NCBI GenBank assembly: GCA_947258875.1
Contig: CAMYKB010000001.1
Location: 52,081-116,080, forward strand
From: an uncultured Gammaproteobacteria bacterium
GTDB lineage: Bacteria; Pseudomonadota; Gammaproteobacteria; CAMYKB01
DNA length: 64,000 bases
Reading direction: 5' to 3'
Positions 20,067 to 29,568 of this stretch are shown piece after piece. The translations under genes and the position numbers were made by a program. The notes below the pieces were generated by a model. It did not search any database. It was not told the DNA's origin and worked only from the letters and a program-made list of their open reading frames with translations. Numbering within the stretch: the stretch's first letter is position 1; each line of letters begins with the position of its first letter.

Positions 20067-20651
20067 TTATCGATGTCCAGGCACCGGTTTGACTTTCACT
20101 TCGACCGGAATCCTGGGGCCGGGATCATAGTCCATACGCGTCCTGAATATCTGACCATGATATTTGTACTTCACACGGTAACCCTCAATGCGTTCTTCCT
20201 GGCGATATTCATCCACCACGCGACAACGCTGTTCATAGCCTACATGACGCTCATCATAATCGCCATCGCGCCGGTTGCGTTGCTGCGCCTGGTCATGGCC
20301 AATCGCAGCACCAATTACCGCTCCGGCCACTCTGGCCTTGTCTCGATCACGCCCATGGCCAACCTGATTGCCTATCACGCCACCGATAATACCACCGAGA
20401 ATCATCTCACCAGCGGCAGAGGCATGTGAGCCACCACGCCGTGAGCGGTATACCGGTTCATCGCGGCATTCCTCATAGGGATGCGACACATCCACCATGC
20501 GGACTATCGGTTTAACCGAAATCACCCGGGCGTAATCGCGAAACTTGCCCCGCTCACGCCATTTATTGTCATCATCATGACCGGCCTGCGCCGCAGACCC
20601 TAGTAAAGTAGCAGTGGTCAATGCTGTTGTTATCAGAGCCTTTTTCATCAT
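20067..20651 (-). CDS. Glycine-zipper 2TM protein (YcfJ-like)
   Basis: GGIIGGVIGNQVGHG...GAVIGAAIG and GYRVKYKYHG...RMDYDPG. Start at MMKK after GAGG. Confidence 0.88.
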   Translation of the reverse strand: MMKKALITTALTTATLLGSAAQAGHDDDNKWRERGKFRDYARVISVKPIVRMVDVSHPYEECRDEPVYRSRRGGSHASAAGEMILGGIIGGVIGNQVGHGRDRDKARVAGAVIGAAIGHDQAQQRNRRDGDYDERHVGYEQRCRVVDEYRQEERIEGYRVKYKYHGQIFRTRMDYDPGPRIPVEVKVKPVPGHR

Positions 20652-20731
20652 TGCTTCCTCCAGTATGTACCCGATTGCACAGACCCCAGATGGGAATATG
20701 CGAGTCTGGTTATCAGAGTAACGCAAACTAA

Positions 20732-20748
20732 CTGAACAGCCGCTGAAT
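20732..20748 (-). promoter_or_regulatory. PhoP-like direct-repeat box
   Basis: Minus strand ATTCAG-cggct-GTTCAG (11-bp period) upstream of the ycfJ-like/PepSY/phoPQ-like operon. Confidence 0.6.
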
Positions 20749-20797
20749 CGATGACACAGCGCAAACCTCAATAACTAGTTGATTTGTATAATATTTA

Positions 20798-21874
20798 TTA
20801 TATCAATTTTAACTGAACATGCGAATCTTCTTTGTCCGGGACACATAAACCAGACACCGTGACACCCAGTAGGCGCACCTTGCGCTGGCCGGCATCGGTT
20901 TTCGCCAGCAACTCCGGCAGCAGCGCATTCATCTCACTCAAGGCAGTAAAGGACTGCTCCAGAGTTCTGCTGCGTGTCACCTGCTCGAAGTTATCGAACT
21001 TCACCTTAATGGTCAGCGTGCGCCCGCTAATCCCCCTGGCAACCAGTTCATGCGCAACCTCGCTGCTGCGTTGCCGCAACTGTAACAACATATCCCCGCT
21101 ATCCGAGAGATCCTGATCAAAGGTGGTCTCCGAACCAATGGATTGCCGCACACGCTGACTCTCTACCGGCCGGTCATCGATCCCCCGTGCTGCGTGATAG
21201 TAATAATGCGCAGCCTTGCCAAAGACATCCTGCAAATCCTCCAGTGACCAGGTCTTCAAATCTCTGCCGGTAATAATGTCCAGGTCGTGCATTTTTGCTT
21301 CGGTAACCTTGCCAATACCGTGAAATTTACCGATCGCTAACGCATCCGCAAATGCGGCACCCTCGTCCGGCGTGATGACATACAAGCCATCCGGCTTGTC
21401 CATATCGGATGCGATCTTGGCAAGAAATTTATTGTAGGAGACACCCGCCGAAGCGGTCAGGCGGGTGTCACGAAAGATATCAGCCTTGATCGCTTGCGCG
21501 ATGCGGGTTGCCGAACCCTGAAAATCAGTATTCTTAGTGACATCCAGATACGCCTCATCCAGCGATAAAGGCTCAATCAAATCGGTATAGCGCTGGAAAA
21601 CCGCGCGAATCTGCGCTGACAGCTGCCGGTAAACCTCAAAACGTGGACGCACGAAAATCGCCTGCGGACACAACCGCCGCGCACGCGAAGACGGCATCGC
21701 CGAGTGAATGCCAAACTTACGTGCTTCATAAGAACAGGTCGCGACCACCCCGCGTTTGTCGGGCGAACCACCTACAATAATCGGCCGCCCCCGATACTCG
21801 GGGAAATCACGCTGCTCGACAGCAGCGTAAAAGGCATCCATGTCGATATGGATGATTTTGCGGTGGGTGTGCAT
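20798..21874 (-). CDS. dinB: DNA polymerase IV
   Basis: IHIDMDAFYAAVE, SYEARKFG, SLDEAYLD and KFLAKIASD motifs. Confidence 0.97.
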   Translation of the reverse strand: MHTHRKIIHIDMDAFYAAVEQRDFPEYRGRPIIVGGSPDKRGVVATCSYEARKFGIHSAMPSSRARRLCPQAIFVRPRFEVYRQLSAQIRAVFQRYTDLIEPLSLDEAYLDVTKNTDFQGSATRIAQAIKADIFRDTRLTASAGVSYNKFLAKIASDMDKPDGLYVITPDEGAAFADALAIGKFHGIGKVTEAKMHDLDIITGRDLKTWSLEDLQDVFGKAAHYYYHAARGIDDRPVESQRVRQSIGSETTFDQDLSDSGDMLLQLRQRSSEVAHELVARGISGRTLTIKVKFDNFEQVTRSRTLEQSFTALSEMNALLPELLAKTDAGQRKVRLLGVTVSGLCVPDKEDSHVQLKLI

Positions 21875-21954
21875 GGGGGGATTATAAAGGCTGCATAAGT
21901 ATCTCGGGAAATGCGATACCGAAGTCGAAAAGTCTGGGAATGAGGAACTAGCGT

Positions 21955-22220
21955 GTATCGCTAACGCGATGATTGTTTGATGTGGGTATTCGCACCCCCG
22001 GGCGAGGCACTTTCTTTGTCAACAGCAACAAAGAAAGTGCCCAAAGAAAATGCCGCCCCAAGTCGCTCAAGGCCACTGCGCTTCGCAGTTTTGGCTCCGA
22101 GGTCGCCCGACAGCACATCCTTGTGCTGGCGTGCGACGCGCGCGTTCCCTCGCGCGCCACTTCGTGCTCCCAGCCAAAACTTTGCGATGCTCGGGCACGC
22201 GCCGAAGGGGAATCAAATCA
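21955..22220 (+). repeat. Structured MITE-like repeat, copy 1
   Basis: TCGCTAACGCGA...ATGTGGGTATTCGCACCC...GCACTTTCTTTGT/ACAAAGAAAGTGC hairpin...GATGCTCGGGCACGC..GAAGGGG. Homologous to 22895-23157 in inverted orientation. Confidence 0.88.
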
Positions 22221-22309
22221 CTTCGCGTTTCAAGCTTTGTTTAAAAATTGAGTGTGGCCGATTAATTCGAGTCTTCCCCCGATTATCTATGCCTTACATG
22301 CATTGATTA

Positions 22310-22687
22310 TCAAATATGGCCACTAATGCCAGACAGAGTTGATAACAGTAGTAAAGCCAAGAGTGGTGAGGATAAAGCAAACAACCATTCTGCAAAGAAA
22401 ATAATTATGCCACTTGAATAATTTTGTGCGCCAATTTCCGAAAGGTAAGATCCATAGAAACCAGCGGCTAGCGCTCCACCTAGAATGCCGATGGCGAATA
22501 ACACAATAAAAACCAGCATGACTGTAACAGCTACCGACTCCAAGCTCGTAAATTTAAGCGCAAAGTGTCTATAGAAAACGAGAACGACACAAATTAGCAA
22601 AGTTAGGAGTACAGATTTTCGAAATACACGATAGCCGGGTTGTGCGCTATCGCTTAGCATTTTCCGGATAATGTCGATTAGCTCCAT
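22310..22687 (-). CDS. AT-rich hypothetical membrane protein
   Basis: 125-aa ORF with three hydrophobic segments, visibly lower GC than flanks. Confidence 0.65.
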   Translation of the reverse strand: MELIDIIRKMLSDSAQPGYRVFRKSVLLTLLICVVLVFYRHFALKFTSLESVAVTVMLVFIVLFAIGILGGALAAGFYGSYLSEIGAQNYSSGIIIFFAEWLFALSSPLLALLLLSTLSGISGHI

Positions 22688-22842
22688 TCAACCTTCCAAA
22701 AGTTCGCCCATCTTCGTGGTGCCTAATTTAGTTAATTATGCGGAACATATTTACCATGTATTTATTGCATATATGGACTATATTTCCACGTAATCTCATA
22801 TTCAAGGTAAAACATGGAAAATCCCGAAATGTTATATCGCTT

Positions 22843-22872
22843 CCCGGGTTACGCTGCGCTCACCCAGGCTAC
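22843..22872 (-). repeat. GTAG-type REP element
   Basis: GTAG-CCTGGGT-GAGCGCAGCGTA-ACCCGGG palindrome. Confidence 0.75.
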
Positions 22873-22894
22873 AAAAGCAGGTTTTGTTTTGACT

Positions 22895-23157
22895 TTGATC
22901 TTCATCCCCTTCAGGCGTGCCCGAGCATCGTAAAGCTTTGGCTGGGAACCCGAAGGGGCATGGCATGGATGCCATGCATTGGCCCTCGGCACATGGACGT
23001 GCCGTGGGCCAACTTCGGAGCCAAAGCTGCGAAGCGCAGGAATAGCACGCCTGAGGGGTGTCCTTTCTTTTGGGTACTTTTCTTTGGACAAGCAAAGAAA
23101 AGTACCTCGCCCGTGGGTGCGAATACCCACATAAAACAACCGTCGCGTTAGCGACAC
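22895..23157 (-). repeat. Structured MITE-like repeat, copy 2 (inverted)
   Basis: Reverse complement shares the same conserved blocks as 21955-22220. Confidence 0.88.
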
Positions 23158-23163
23158 CAACCC

Positions 23164-23871
23164 CTAGTTCACCGGCAGCTTCGCCCGCAACTCATCCCGA
23201 TCAAACCACCAGTTGTCACCGACGATAACGTCTAGCATTGTGGACAGACGTGGCAATAATTCCTTGGGATCATTCAGCTGCAACATCTCCATCCAGATAT
23301 TGATGGACTCTTCATCTTCGATACCTCGGTGCCGTTTGGCTACCTGCGCCAGAATCTGTGAAGTCAGGAAGGAGAGGCTCTCTTCATCCTTGCCTTCGCA
23401 ACGCAGATGCACGATGTAATGTGCAACAGCGGCGGCCACAGCGCCACCATCAGAATCATCCGGCGTCTCATCCACAACATGATGCAACATGGCAACCGTC
23501 GTCTGTGGTGAGATCGGATAGGTTATCCCCAGCCACACACCTTGCGCCAAAGCAATAATGGATTGCTCCTGCTCGGCGCGATACATGATCTCACAGGCCT
23601 CGACGGCGGCCTGCCATTCCTCTACTGTCAGCAACAAATCAAACGCAGCGCGCGCCTCGTCCCAGGCCTCTTTTGATTGCTCCAGGCCCAACAGGGTTTC
23701 AGCAATATCGACCATGATGCGGCCACGATCGCCAGCCGCTGCATCATCTGCCAATTCGCGCAAATGCTGGCGGTGCTGAAATAACTGTTTTTCCAGTAAT
23801 GCTCGGGACTCGCCGGTATTCATACCAACAACGGAATCCTTAAGGGGCTTGTCACCAGTGAGCTCAGTCAT
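23164..23871 (-). CDS. Hypothetical helical (TPR-like) protein
   Basis: 235-aa ORF with a GGAGG RBS. No catalytic motif recognised. Confidence 0.8.
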   Translation of the reverse strand: MTELTGDKPLKDSVVGMNTGESRALLEKQLFQHRQHLRELADDAAAGDRGRIMVDIAETLLGLEQSKEAWDEARAAFDLLLTVEEWQAAVEACEIMYRAEQEQSIIALAQGVWLGITYPISPQTTVAMLHHVVDETPDDSDGGAVAAAVAHYIVHLRCEGKDEESLSFLTSQILAQVAKRHRGIEDEESINIWMEMLQLNDPKELLPRLSTMLDVIVGDNWWFDRDELRAKLPVN

Positions 23872-23908
23872 AAAACCTCCAACTGCAATATTTTACTTCA
23901 CACATTTG

Positions 23909-24601
23909 TTAATTCAGATTACCAGCAGCCGGCTGCGAAATTGCATGGGCTTCCAGTTCAGTCAGGTACTGCCAGGCCTGCGTCAGCCCCTCCGGATACT
24001 GTTGCTGTAGTTCAGATAGCAACGCACGCGCCTGTTGGCACAAGGCGGCACGTTGTTCGGCTTCGAATAATTGCAACGCGGCGCAGGCAGCATCAACAGG
24101 CCCGGTTAACAACACCGGCACCAGTTCGCTAGCATCGATGAGGTTATCCGGCCGCAGTAGGTCGCTGATGAGTGAGTAATCCTGCAGGGCATAATGCATT
24201 TGCCGCGCCTCTTCTTCCTGTTCCAGTTCGTCGATGGCCAGCGGGTCGTTCTCCGCCGCTTTCCACACGACCCGCATGATGACGCTTACCAGTTTTTTCA
24301 ATGCCGCCCGTGTTGCACCCTGATCACCCGCCAGCCCCGAACACCATTCATAATAGCGATCGATCTTCTCCTTGAGCTTAAGTATCACATCGCTTTCGAC
24401 GTTGTCATCAAGCGACATGGCCTCTTGCAATAAAGACTGGAAGTGTTGCTGAAAATCGAGCAGCTCTTCGGTATCAAGACGTTGCGCTTCTTCGAGCTGC
24501 GCCCGTGTAACCTCCTGCTTTTCCGTAGCGAACAACGGATTGCCCTGCATGCGTTGCAGGTGACGCTCGCGTGCGCCGGGCTTGTCACTGAAGCGGATCA
24601 T
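23909..24601 (-). CDS. Hypothetical protein
   Basis: 230-aa helical ORF with N-terminal PGARERHLQR. Co-oriented with 23164-23871. Confidence 0.8.
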   Translation of the reverse strand: MIRFSDKPGARERHLQRMQGNPLFATEKQEVTRAQLEEAQRLDTEELLDFQQHFQSLLQEAMSLDDNVESDVILKLKEKIDRYYEWCSGLAGDQGATRAALKKLVSVIMRVVWKAAENDPLAIDELEQEEEARQMHYALQDYSLISDLLRPDNLIDASELVPVLLTGPVDAACAALQLFEAEQRAALCQQARALLSELQQQYPEGLTQAWQYLTELEAHAISQPAAGNLN

Positions 24602-24757
24602 GTCGTTAGCGGATAGACCTTATGATTTTCGGGATATTGTCTGTGTGCGGCCGCTATTATCCATGATTTCAGCAGCGGGTGCGGCCTTTACAGGCGTAAT
24701 ACTCTATAATGCTCGGCTTTCAAGCTGCCAAACCCACGTTTTTATTCTGGAATAAAC

Positions 24758-25273
24758 ATGACTAGACCTAATGCATTTGAACGCGAAGAACTCTTGAAAT
24801 CCGGTCACGGCGAGATGTTTGGCCCCGGCAATGCCCAGTTACCGACCCCGAATATGCTGATGATGGATCGCATCACACAAATCACTGACACGGGCGGCAC
24901 CTACGACAAAGGCGAAATCATTGCTGAGCTTGATATCAAACCTGACTTATGGTTTTTTGAATGCCACTTTCCTGGTGACCCGGTTATGCCCGGTTGCCTG
25001 GGGCTGGATGCCATGTGGCAACTGGTCGGTTTCTTTCTGGCCTGGTCGGGCAATCCCGGACGTGGCCGCGCGCTGGGTGTCAACGAGGTCAAGTTTACCG
25101 GACAGGTCTTACCCACCGCCAATAAGGTCACCTATCACATTAATATCAAACGCATGATCACCCGCAAACTGGTGATGGGTATTGCCGATGGCAGCATGTC
25201 GGTCGATGGCCGCGAAATCTATACCGCCAAGGACTTGCGGGTTGGCTTGTTTACGTCGACCGAAGGATTCTAG
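24758..25273 (+). CDS. fabA: 3-hydroxyacyl-ACP dehydratase/isomerase
   Basis: FGPGNAQLP and [25 protein letters not shown] motifs. Confidence 0.97.
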   Translation: MTRPNAFEREELLKSGHGEMFGPGNAQLPTPNMLMMDRITQITDTGGTYDKGEIIAELDIKPDLWFFECHFPGDPVMPGCLGLDAMWQLVGFFLAWSGNPGRGRALGVNEVKFTGQVLPTANKVTYHINIKRMITRKLVMGIADGSMSVDGREIYTAKDLRVGLFTSTEGF

Positions 25274-25288
25274 TGTCCGGACTAACAA

Positions 25289-25942
25289 TCAGTCCGCCTG
25301 GAAATCAATTCCCTTGTGGCTGCCGTCACAGAACGGTTTATTTTTTGACGCGCCGCAGCGGCATAACGCGCCCTTGTTACGCTGCGTCTCACCCTTGTCA
25401 CTAGTGATTCTGACAGGGCCCTTAAACATTAAGGGCCCGTTGCTGCGCAAGCTGAACACCAGCGTATCGACTGAGGCATCCACATCATCATCTGCACGCG
25501 CATCCCTGATACTGCCATCGTGTTCGAAGCCGTATTCCTTATGGCTGCCATCACAATAAGGTTTGTTTTTTGAAGCGCCACAGCGACAAAGCGCCATGTC
25601 AGCCGCCTTATCCAACACAGCGCCATCAGCATCCTGAAACTCCAGTTCGCCTTCGCAGTACAACGGGCCGTTAGTCACCAGGGTAATCGTGTTTTCGTTT
25701 TCAGACATACCCGCCTCTTCTGATTCATTCTCATTTTCATACTTTAGCGCACCGCTTGGGCAACGCCCGATAACCTCGATAACCTCCGCACTCGTAGCCG
25801 CATCAGGGTCGATCCAGGGTTTGCGTTCAGGGTCAAATACTTTCGGCAATCCCTTCACGCACTCGGCGGCGTGGATACAGCGGCCTGAATCGTAACTCAC
25901 CTTCAGCCGCTTACCGTTATACCAGTGAATTTTATCCACCAT
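25289..25942 (-). CDS. Divergent 4Fe-4S domain plus two CDGSH 2Fe-2S domains
   Basis: CIHAAEC...CPSGAL and LCRCGASKNKPxCDGSH twice. Confidence 0.92.
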   Translation of the reverse strand: MVDKIHWYNGKRLKVSYDSGRCIHAAECVKGLPKVFDPERKPWIDPDAATSAEVIEVIGRCPSGALKYENENESEEAGMSENENTITLVTNGPLYCEGELEFQDADGAVLDKAADMALCRCGASKNKPYCDGSHKEYGFEHDGSIRDARADDDVDASVDTLVFSLRSNGPLMFKGPVRITSDKGETQRNKGALCRCGASKNKPFCDGSHKGIDFQAD

Positions 25943-25968
25943 TGATTGATTCCTATGTTTGCAGCGTG

Positions 25969-28614
25969 TTATTTCACGCTCTTTGAGATGATCTCGTAAA
26001 CATTTTTTGATAGACCCTCTGTCTGCAGGATACGTTGCTGTTCGGCGCGCATCAGCGCCTGACGATCGACGTCATATTTCTTCCAGCGCAGAAAGGCCCC
26101 GGCCAGCGCGGCGGCGACATGTGGATTCAGCGGATCGATTTCCAATACACGATCTGCAACAAAGCGATAGGCCTCACCGGATTGCTGATGGAAATGCACA
26201 GGGTTATTTATGGCAAACATGTTGATAAGTGAACGCACCTTGTTTGGATTTTTTATCGAGAACAACTCATGGCGCATCAAACCCTTCACGGTATCCAACG
26301 CGTCGGGTTGGTCGGCCATTGCCTGCAATGAAAACCACTTATCCATTACCAGGGTGTCGTGACGCCATTGCGCCTCGAACTGCATCAATGCCTGTTCGCG
26401 CTGCGCCACATCAACATCGATCAATGCGCGTAACGCACCGATGCTATCGGTCATATTGTTAGCTGCTTCAAATTGCTGTTGAGCCAGTGAAATGTAATCC
26501 GATTTATCCAGTTGCAACAAATAACCAAGACAGGTATTGCGCAGCGAGCGTTTACCCATGTCCGCGGCGACGTAGCGGTAGGTGCCACTCACTTCATTGG
26601 CGTGATAGGCACTGCTGAATTCAGGTTCTAGCCCGGATGCAATAGCTCGCTGCATGGCCTTGTAAACATGATGTACCGCATCGACATCAACGACATCGAG
26701 ATACTCTGCAATGATGTTCTCGCCAGGCAATGCCAGTGTCGCCGCCACCAGCACCGCATCCAGCCGCGTATCCTTCAAGGTATCACGCAATGCATCGCAA
26801 TACAGGGGATCGATGAGCACATCGCGCCCGGCCTGATACGCTTCAATCTGTGTTAAGAGAATGTTGAGCGCAAGGCGTTGCCCGGCATCCCAGCGGTTAA
26901 AGGCATCACTGTCGTTGGCCAGCAAAAACGCTAGCTCTTCGTTGCTATAATCGAAACACAGCTTGACCGGCGCGGAAAACCCGCGCAGCAGCGATGGCAC
27001 CGGCATAACCGGTACATCGGCAAAGATGAATGATTGTGCCGCTTCGGTGACTTCAAAAACGCGTGTGTATGCACTGCCGCCCGCCTCTCCGGCCAGCTGT
27101 AACGGCATGTCATTGCCTTCGCTATTGAGCAGCCCCACAGACAGGGGAATGGCGAAGGGTTGTTTACCGGCTTGCCCTGGCGTATCAGGACAGCTCTGCC
27201 GAATTTCGAGACGATAGGTTTTCGCCCGATCATCCCATTCGCCGCTCACATCCACTTGCGGTGTACCAGCCTGATCATACCAGCGCTTGAATTGGGTCAG
27301 GTCACGGTCATTGCTATCGGCCATCGCCGCAGCGAAATCATCAGTGGTCACCGCCTGACCATCGTGGCGTTGAAAATAGAGATCCATACCCTTGCGGAAG
27401 CCTTCAGCACCCAACAAGGTATGATACATCCGCACCACCTCCGCACCTTTTTCATACACCGTCAGGGTATAGAAATTATCGATCTGCATGTAAGACTGCG
27501 GCCGCACTGGATGCGCCATGGGTCCGGCATCTTCGGAAAACTGACGGGCACGCAAAGCACGCACATCATTGATGCGCTTGACCGCGCGCGATGTCATATC
27601 GGCGGTGAACTCCTGATCGCGAAATACTGTGAGGCCTTCCTTGAGACTGAGCTGGAACCAGTCACGGCAGGTAATCCGGTTGCCGGTCCAGTTATGAAAA
27701 TACTCGTGTCCGATGACGGCTTCGATATTGACGTAATCGTCATCGGTGGCGGTGTCGGGCCGTGCCAGCACATATTTCGAATTGAAAACGTTGAGGCCCT
27801 TGTTCTCCATCGCGCCCATATTGAAATCATCGACGGCGACGATCATGTAGATATCGAGATCGTATTCCAGGCCAAAGACCTCTTCATCCCACTGCATGGC
27901 CTTTTTCAGCGAGGCCATAGCGTGATCGCATTTATCAATGTTATGCGCCTGCACGTAAATACGTAATGCCACCTGCCTGCCGGATGCGGTCGTGTAACTA
28001 TCTTCCAGACTCAGTAGATTGCCGGCCACCAAGGCGAACAGGTAACAGGGCTTGGGATACGGGTCCTGCCATTTGGCAAAATGCCGCTCACCCTCGAGTT
28101 CACCGCTGTCAACCAGGTTGCCGTTGGACAGCAGTACGGGACAGCTTGCGCTGTCGGCCTCTATGCTGGTGGTATAGCTGGACATCACGTCGGGACGGTC
28201 CAGGAAATAGGTGATGCGGCGAAATCCCTGTGCCTCACACTGGGTGCAATAATTACCGCTGGATTGATACAGGCCTTCCAGTGATGTGTTGTGCTGCGGT
28301 TTTATGCGAGTCTCTATCAGCAGCTCGAATTTCGCCGGGACATCCGTGAGAGTGAGACTCTCATTGTCCAACACATAGTCCTGCGCACTAAGCGCCCTGC
28401 CATCGAGCGTTACAGCCAGCAGCTCCAGCTGCTCACCATTCAATACCAGCGGATCTTTTGCTGATGCGGCACCAGGGTTACGCCGCAGCGACAGCTTCGA
28501 ACGCACAGTGGTGGCGTCCTCGCCAAGATCGAAATGCAAGTCCACCGTATCGATCAAAAACGCCGGAGGCGTATAGTCTTTAAGGTAGATGGTATTGGGG
28601 CTGCCTTCTCTCAT
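25969..28614 (-). CDS. pepN: Aminopeptidase N (M1)
   Basis: GAMENKGLN, HEYFHNWTGNR and LKEGLT motifs. Confidence 0.97.
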   Translation of the reverse strand: MREGSPNTIYLKDYTPPAFLIDTVDLHFDLGEDATTVRSKLSLRRNPGAASAKDPLVLNGEQLELLAVTLDGRALSAQDYVLDNESLTLTDVPAKFELLIETRIKPQHNTSLEGLYQSSGNYCTQCEAQGFRRITYFLDRPDVMSSYTTSIEADSASCPVLLSNGNLVDSGELEGERHFAKWQDPYPKPCYLFALVAGNLLSLEDSYTTASGRQVALRIYVQAHNIDKCDHAMASLKKAMQWDEEVFGLEYDLDIYMIVAVDDFNMGAMENKGLNVFNSKYVLARPDTATDDDYVNIEAVIGHEYFHNWTGNRITCRDWFQLSLKEGLTVFRDQEFTADMTSRAVKRINDVRALRARQFSEDAGPMAHPVRPQSYMQIDNFYTLTVYEKGAEVVRMYHTLLGAEGFRKGMDLYFQRHDGQAVTTDDFAAAMADSNDRDLTQFKRWYDQAGTPQVDVSGEWDDRAKTYRLEIRQSCPDTPGQAGKQPFAIPLSVGLLNSEGNDMPLQLAGEAGGSAYTRVFEVTEAAQSFIFADVPVMPVPSLLRGFSAPVKLCFDYSNEELAFLLANDSDAFNRWDAGQRLALNILLTQIEAYQAGRDVLIDPLYCDALRDTLKDTRLDAVLVAATLALPGENIIAEYLDVVDVDAVHHVYKAMQRAIASGLEPEFSSAYHANEVSGTYRYVAADMGKRSLRNTCLGYLLQLDKSDYISLAQQQFEAANNMTDSIGALRALIDVDVAQREQALMQFEAQWRHDTLVMDKWFSLQAMADQPDALDTVKGLMRHELFSIKNPNKVRSLINMFAINNPVHFHQQSGEAYRFVADRVLEIDPLNPHVAAALAGAFLRWKKYDVDRQALMRAEQQRILQTEGLSKNVYEIISKSVK

Positions 28615-28710
28615 GCCGGGATTCCATTGGGTTCTGTACAGATAAAGCGAATTGGGGGATCATATCGCCCCGTCTGGAATGATGCTATTTTTTTAAGGAA
28701 CCTCTGATCA

Positions 28711-29568
28711 ATGCGTGAACTGCATAACCAGAGCCTCTCTAAGGTATACACAGTGGAAAACCCTGATCGTATTCTGAATATCGTGGCCTACAAATTTGTG
28801 GGCCTGGATGAGCTCAGCACGCAACGTGCGCAGTGGCTGGCGCGTTGCGATGCCCTGCAATTGAAAGGTACCGTATTATTGAGCCCCGAAGGCATTAATA
28901 TCATGCTGGCCGGCAAACCCGAAGCCATCCTCAGCCTGCAACGCGAAATCCACGATGACCCGCGTTTCGCCGATATGCCCTTCAAGGAAAGCCTCTCAGA
29001 TGATGTGCCTTTTGAACGCATGCTGGTCAAGATCAAACCCGAGATCATTTCATTTGGTATACCCGGCATTAATCCACGCGAGCATACCGCCACACACCTG
29101 CCACCTGAAACCCTCAAGGCCTGGCTGGATGAACGCCGCGACATCGTGCTGCTGGATACCCGCAACGACTACGAGGTGCAGCTGGGCAGCTTTGATAGTG
29201 CGGTACATCTCGGAATCCAGCGATTCCGGCAGTTCCCGGAGGCGCTTGCCGGACTCGACAAGACCATCAAGGATAAACCCGTCGTCACCTTTTGTACCGG
29301 GGGCATCCGCTGCGAAAAGGCCTCCGAGTTATTGCTACGCGGGGGCTTTCGCGAGGTCTACCAGATCGATGGTGGCATACTCAATTACTTCGAACAATGC
29401 GGTGGGGCACACTGGCATGGCGACTGTTTCGTCTACGACGAACGCATCGCTCTGGATCCGCAGCTCAACGCCACCCATACGTGCCTCTGCCGCGAATGCC
29501 AACAACCGCTGGCGCCTCAGGAAGACACGCTATGCGCCCAATGTGCTGCACAAGAGGCGCATGCATGA
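28711..29568 (+). CDS. Rhodanese-domain protein, TrhO/YceA (UPF0176) family
   Basis: EGIN, LDTRNDYE, FCTGGIRCEKA and CFVYDER motifs. Confidence 0.88.
   Translation: MRELHNQSLSKVYTVENPDRILNIVAYKFVGLDELSTQRAQWLARCDALQLKGTVLLSPEGINIMLAGKPEAILSLQREIHDDPRFADMPFKESLSDDVPFERMLVKIKPEIISFGIPGINPREHTATHLPPETLKAWLDERRDIVLLDTRNDYEVQLGSFDSAVHLGIQRFRQFPEALAGLDKTIKDKPVVTFCTGGIRCEKASELLLRGGFREVYQIDGGILNYFEQCGGAHWHGDCFVYDERIALDPQLNATHTCLCRECQQPLAPQEDTLCAQCAAQEAHA

Noticed and set aside
21875-21950. LexA box upstream of dinB
   Set aside because: No CTGT-N8-ACAG motif seen.
21955-23157. CRISPR array or tRNA/rRNA fragment
   Set aside because: No short regularly spaced repeats, no cloverleaf and no rRNA signatures.
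21948-23160. Several 60-140 aa ORFs over the repeats as transposase or genes
   Set aside because: They are translations of palindromic repeat DNA with no DDE, HUH or recombinase motif.
27160-27966. 268-aa plus-strand ORF (and similar antisense ORFs over nrdAB, adk and pfp)
   Set aside because: Shadow ORFs opposite well-supported genes.
29292-29564. Long N-terminal extension of TatD
   Set aside because: It overlaps the rhodanese gene. The ATGA-coupled start at 29565 fits better.
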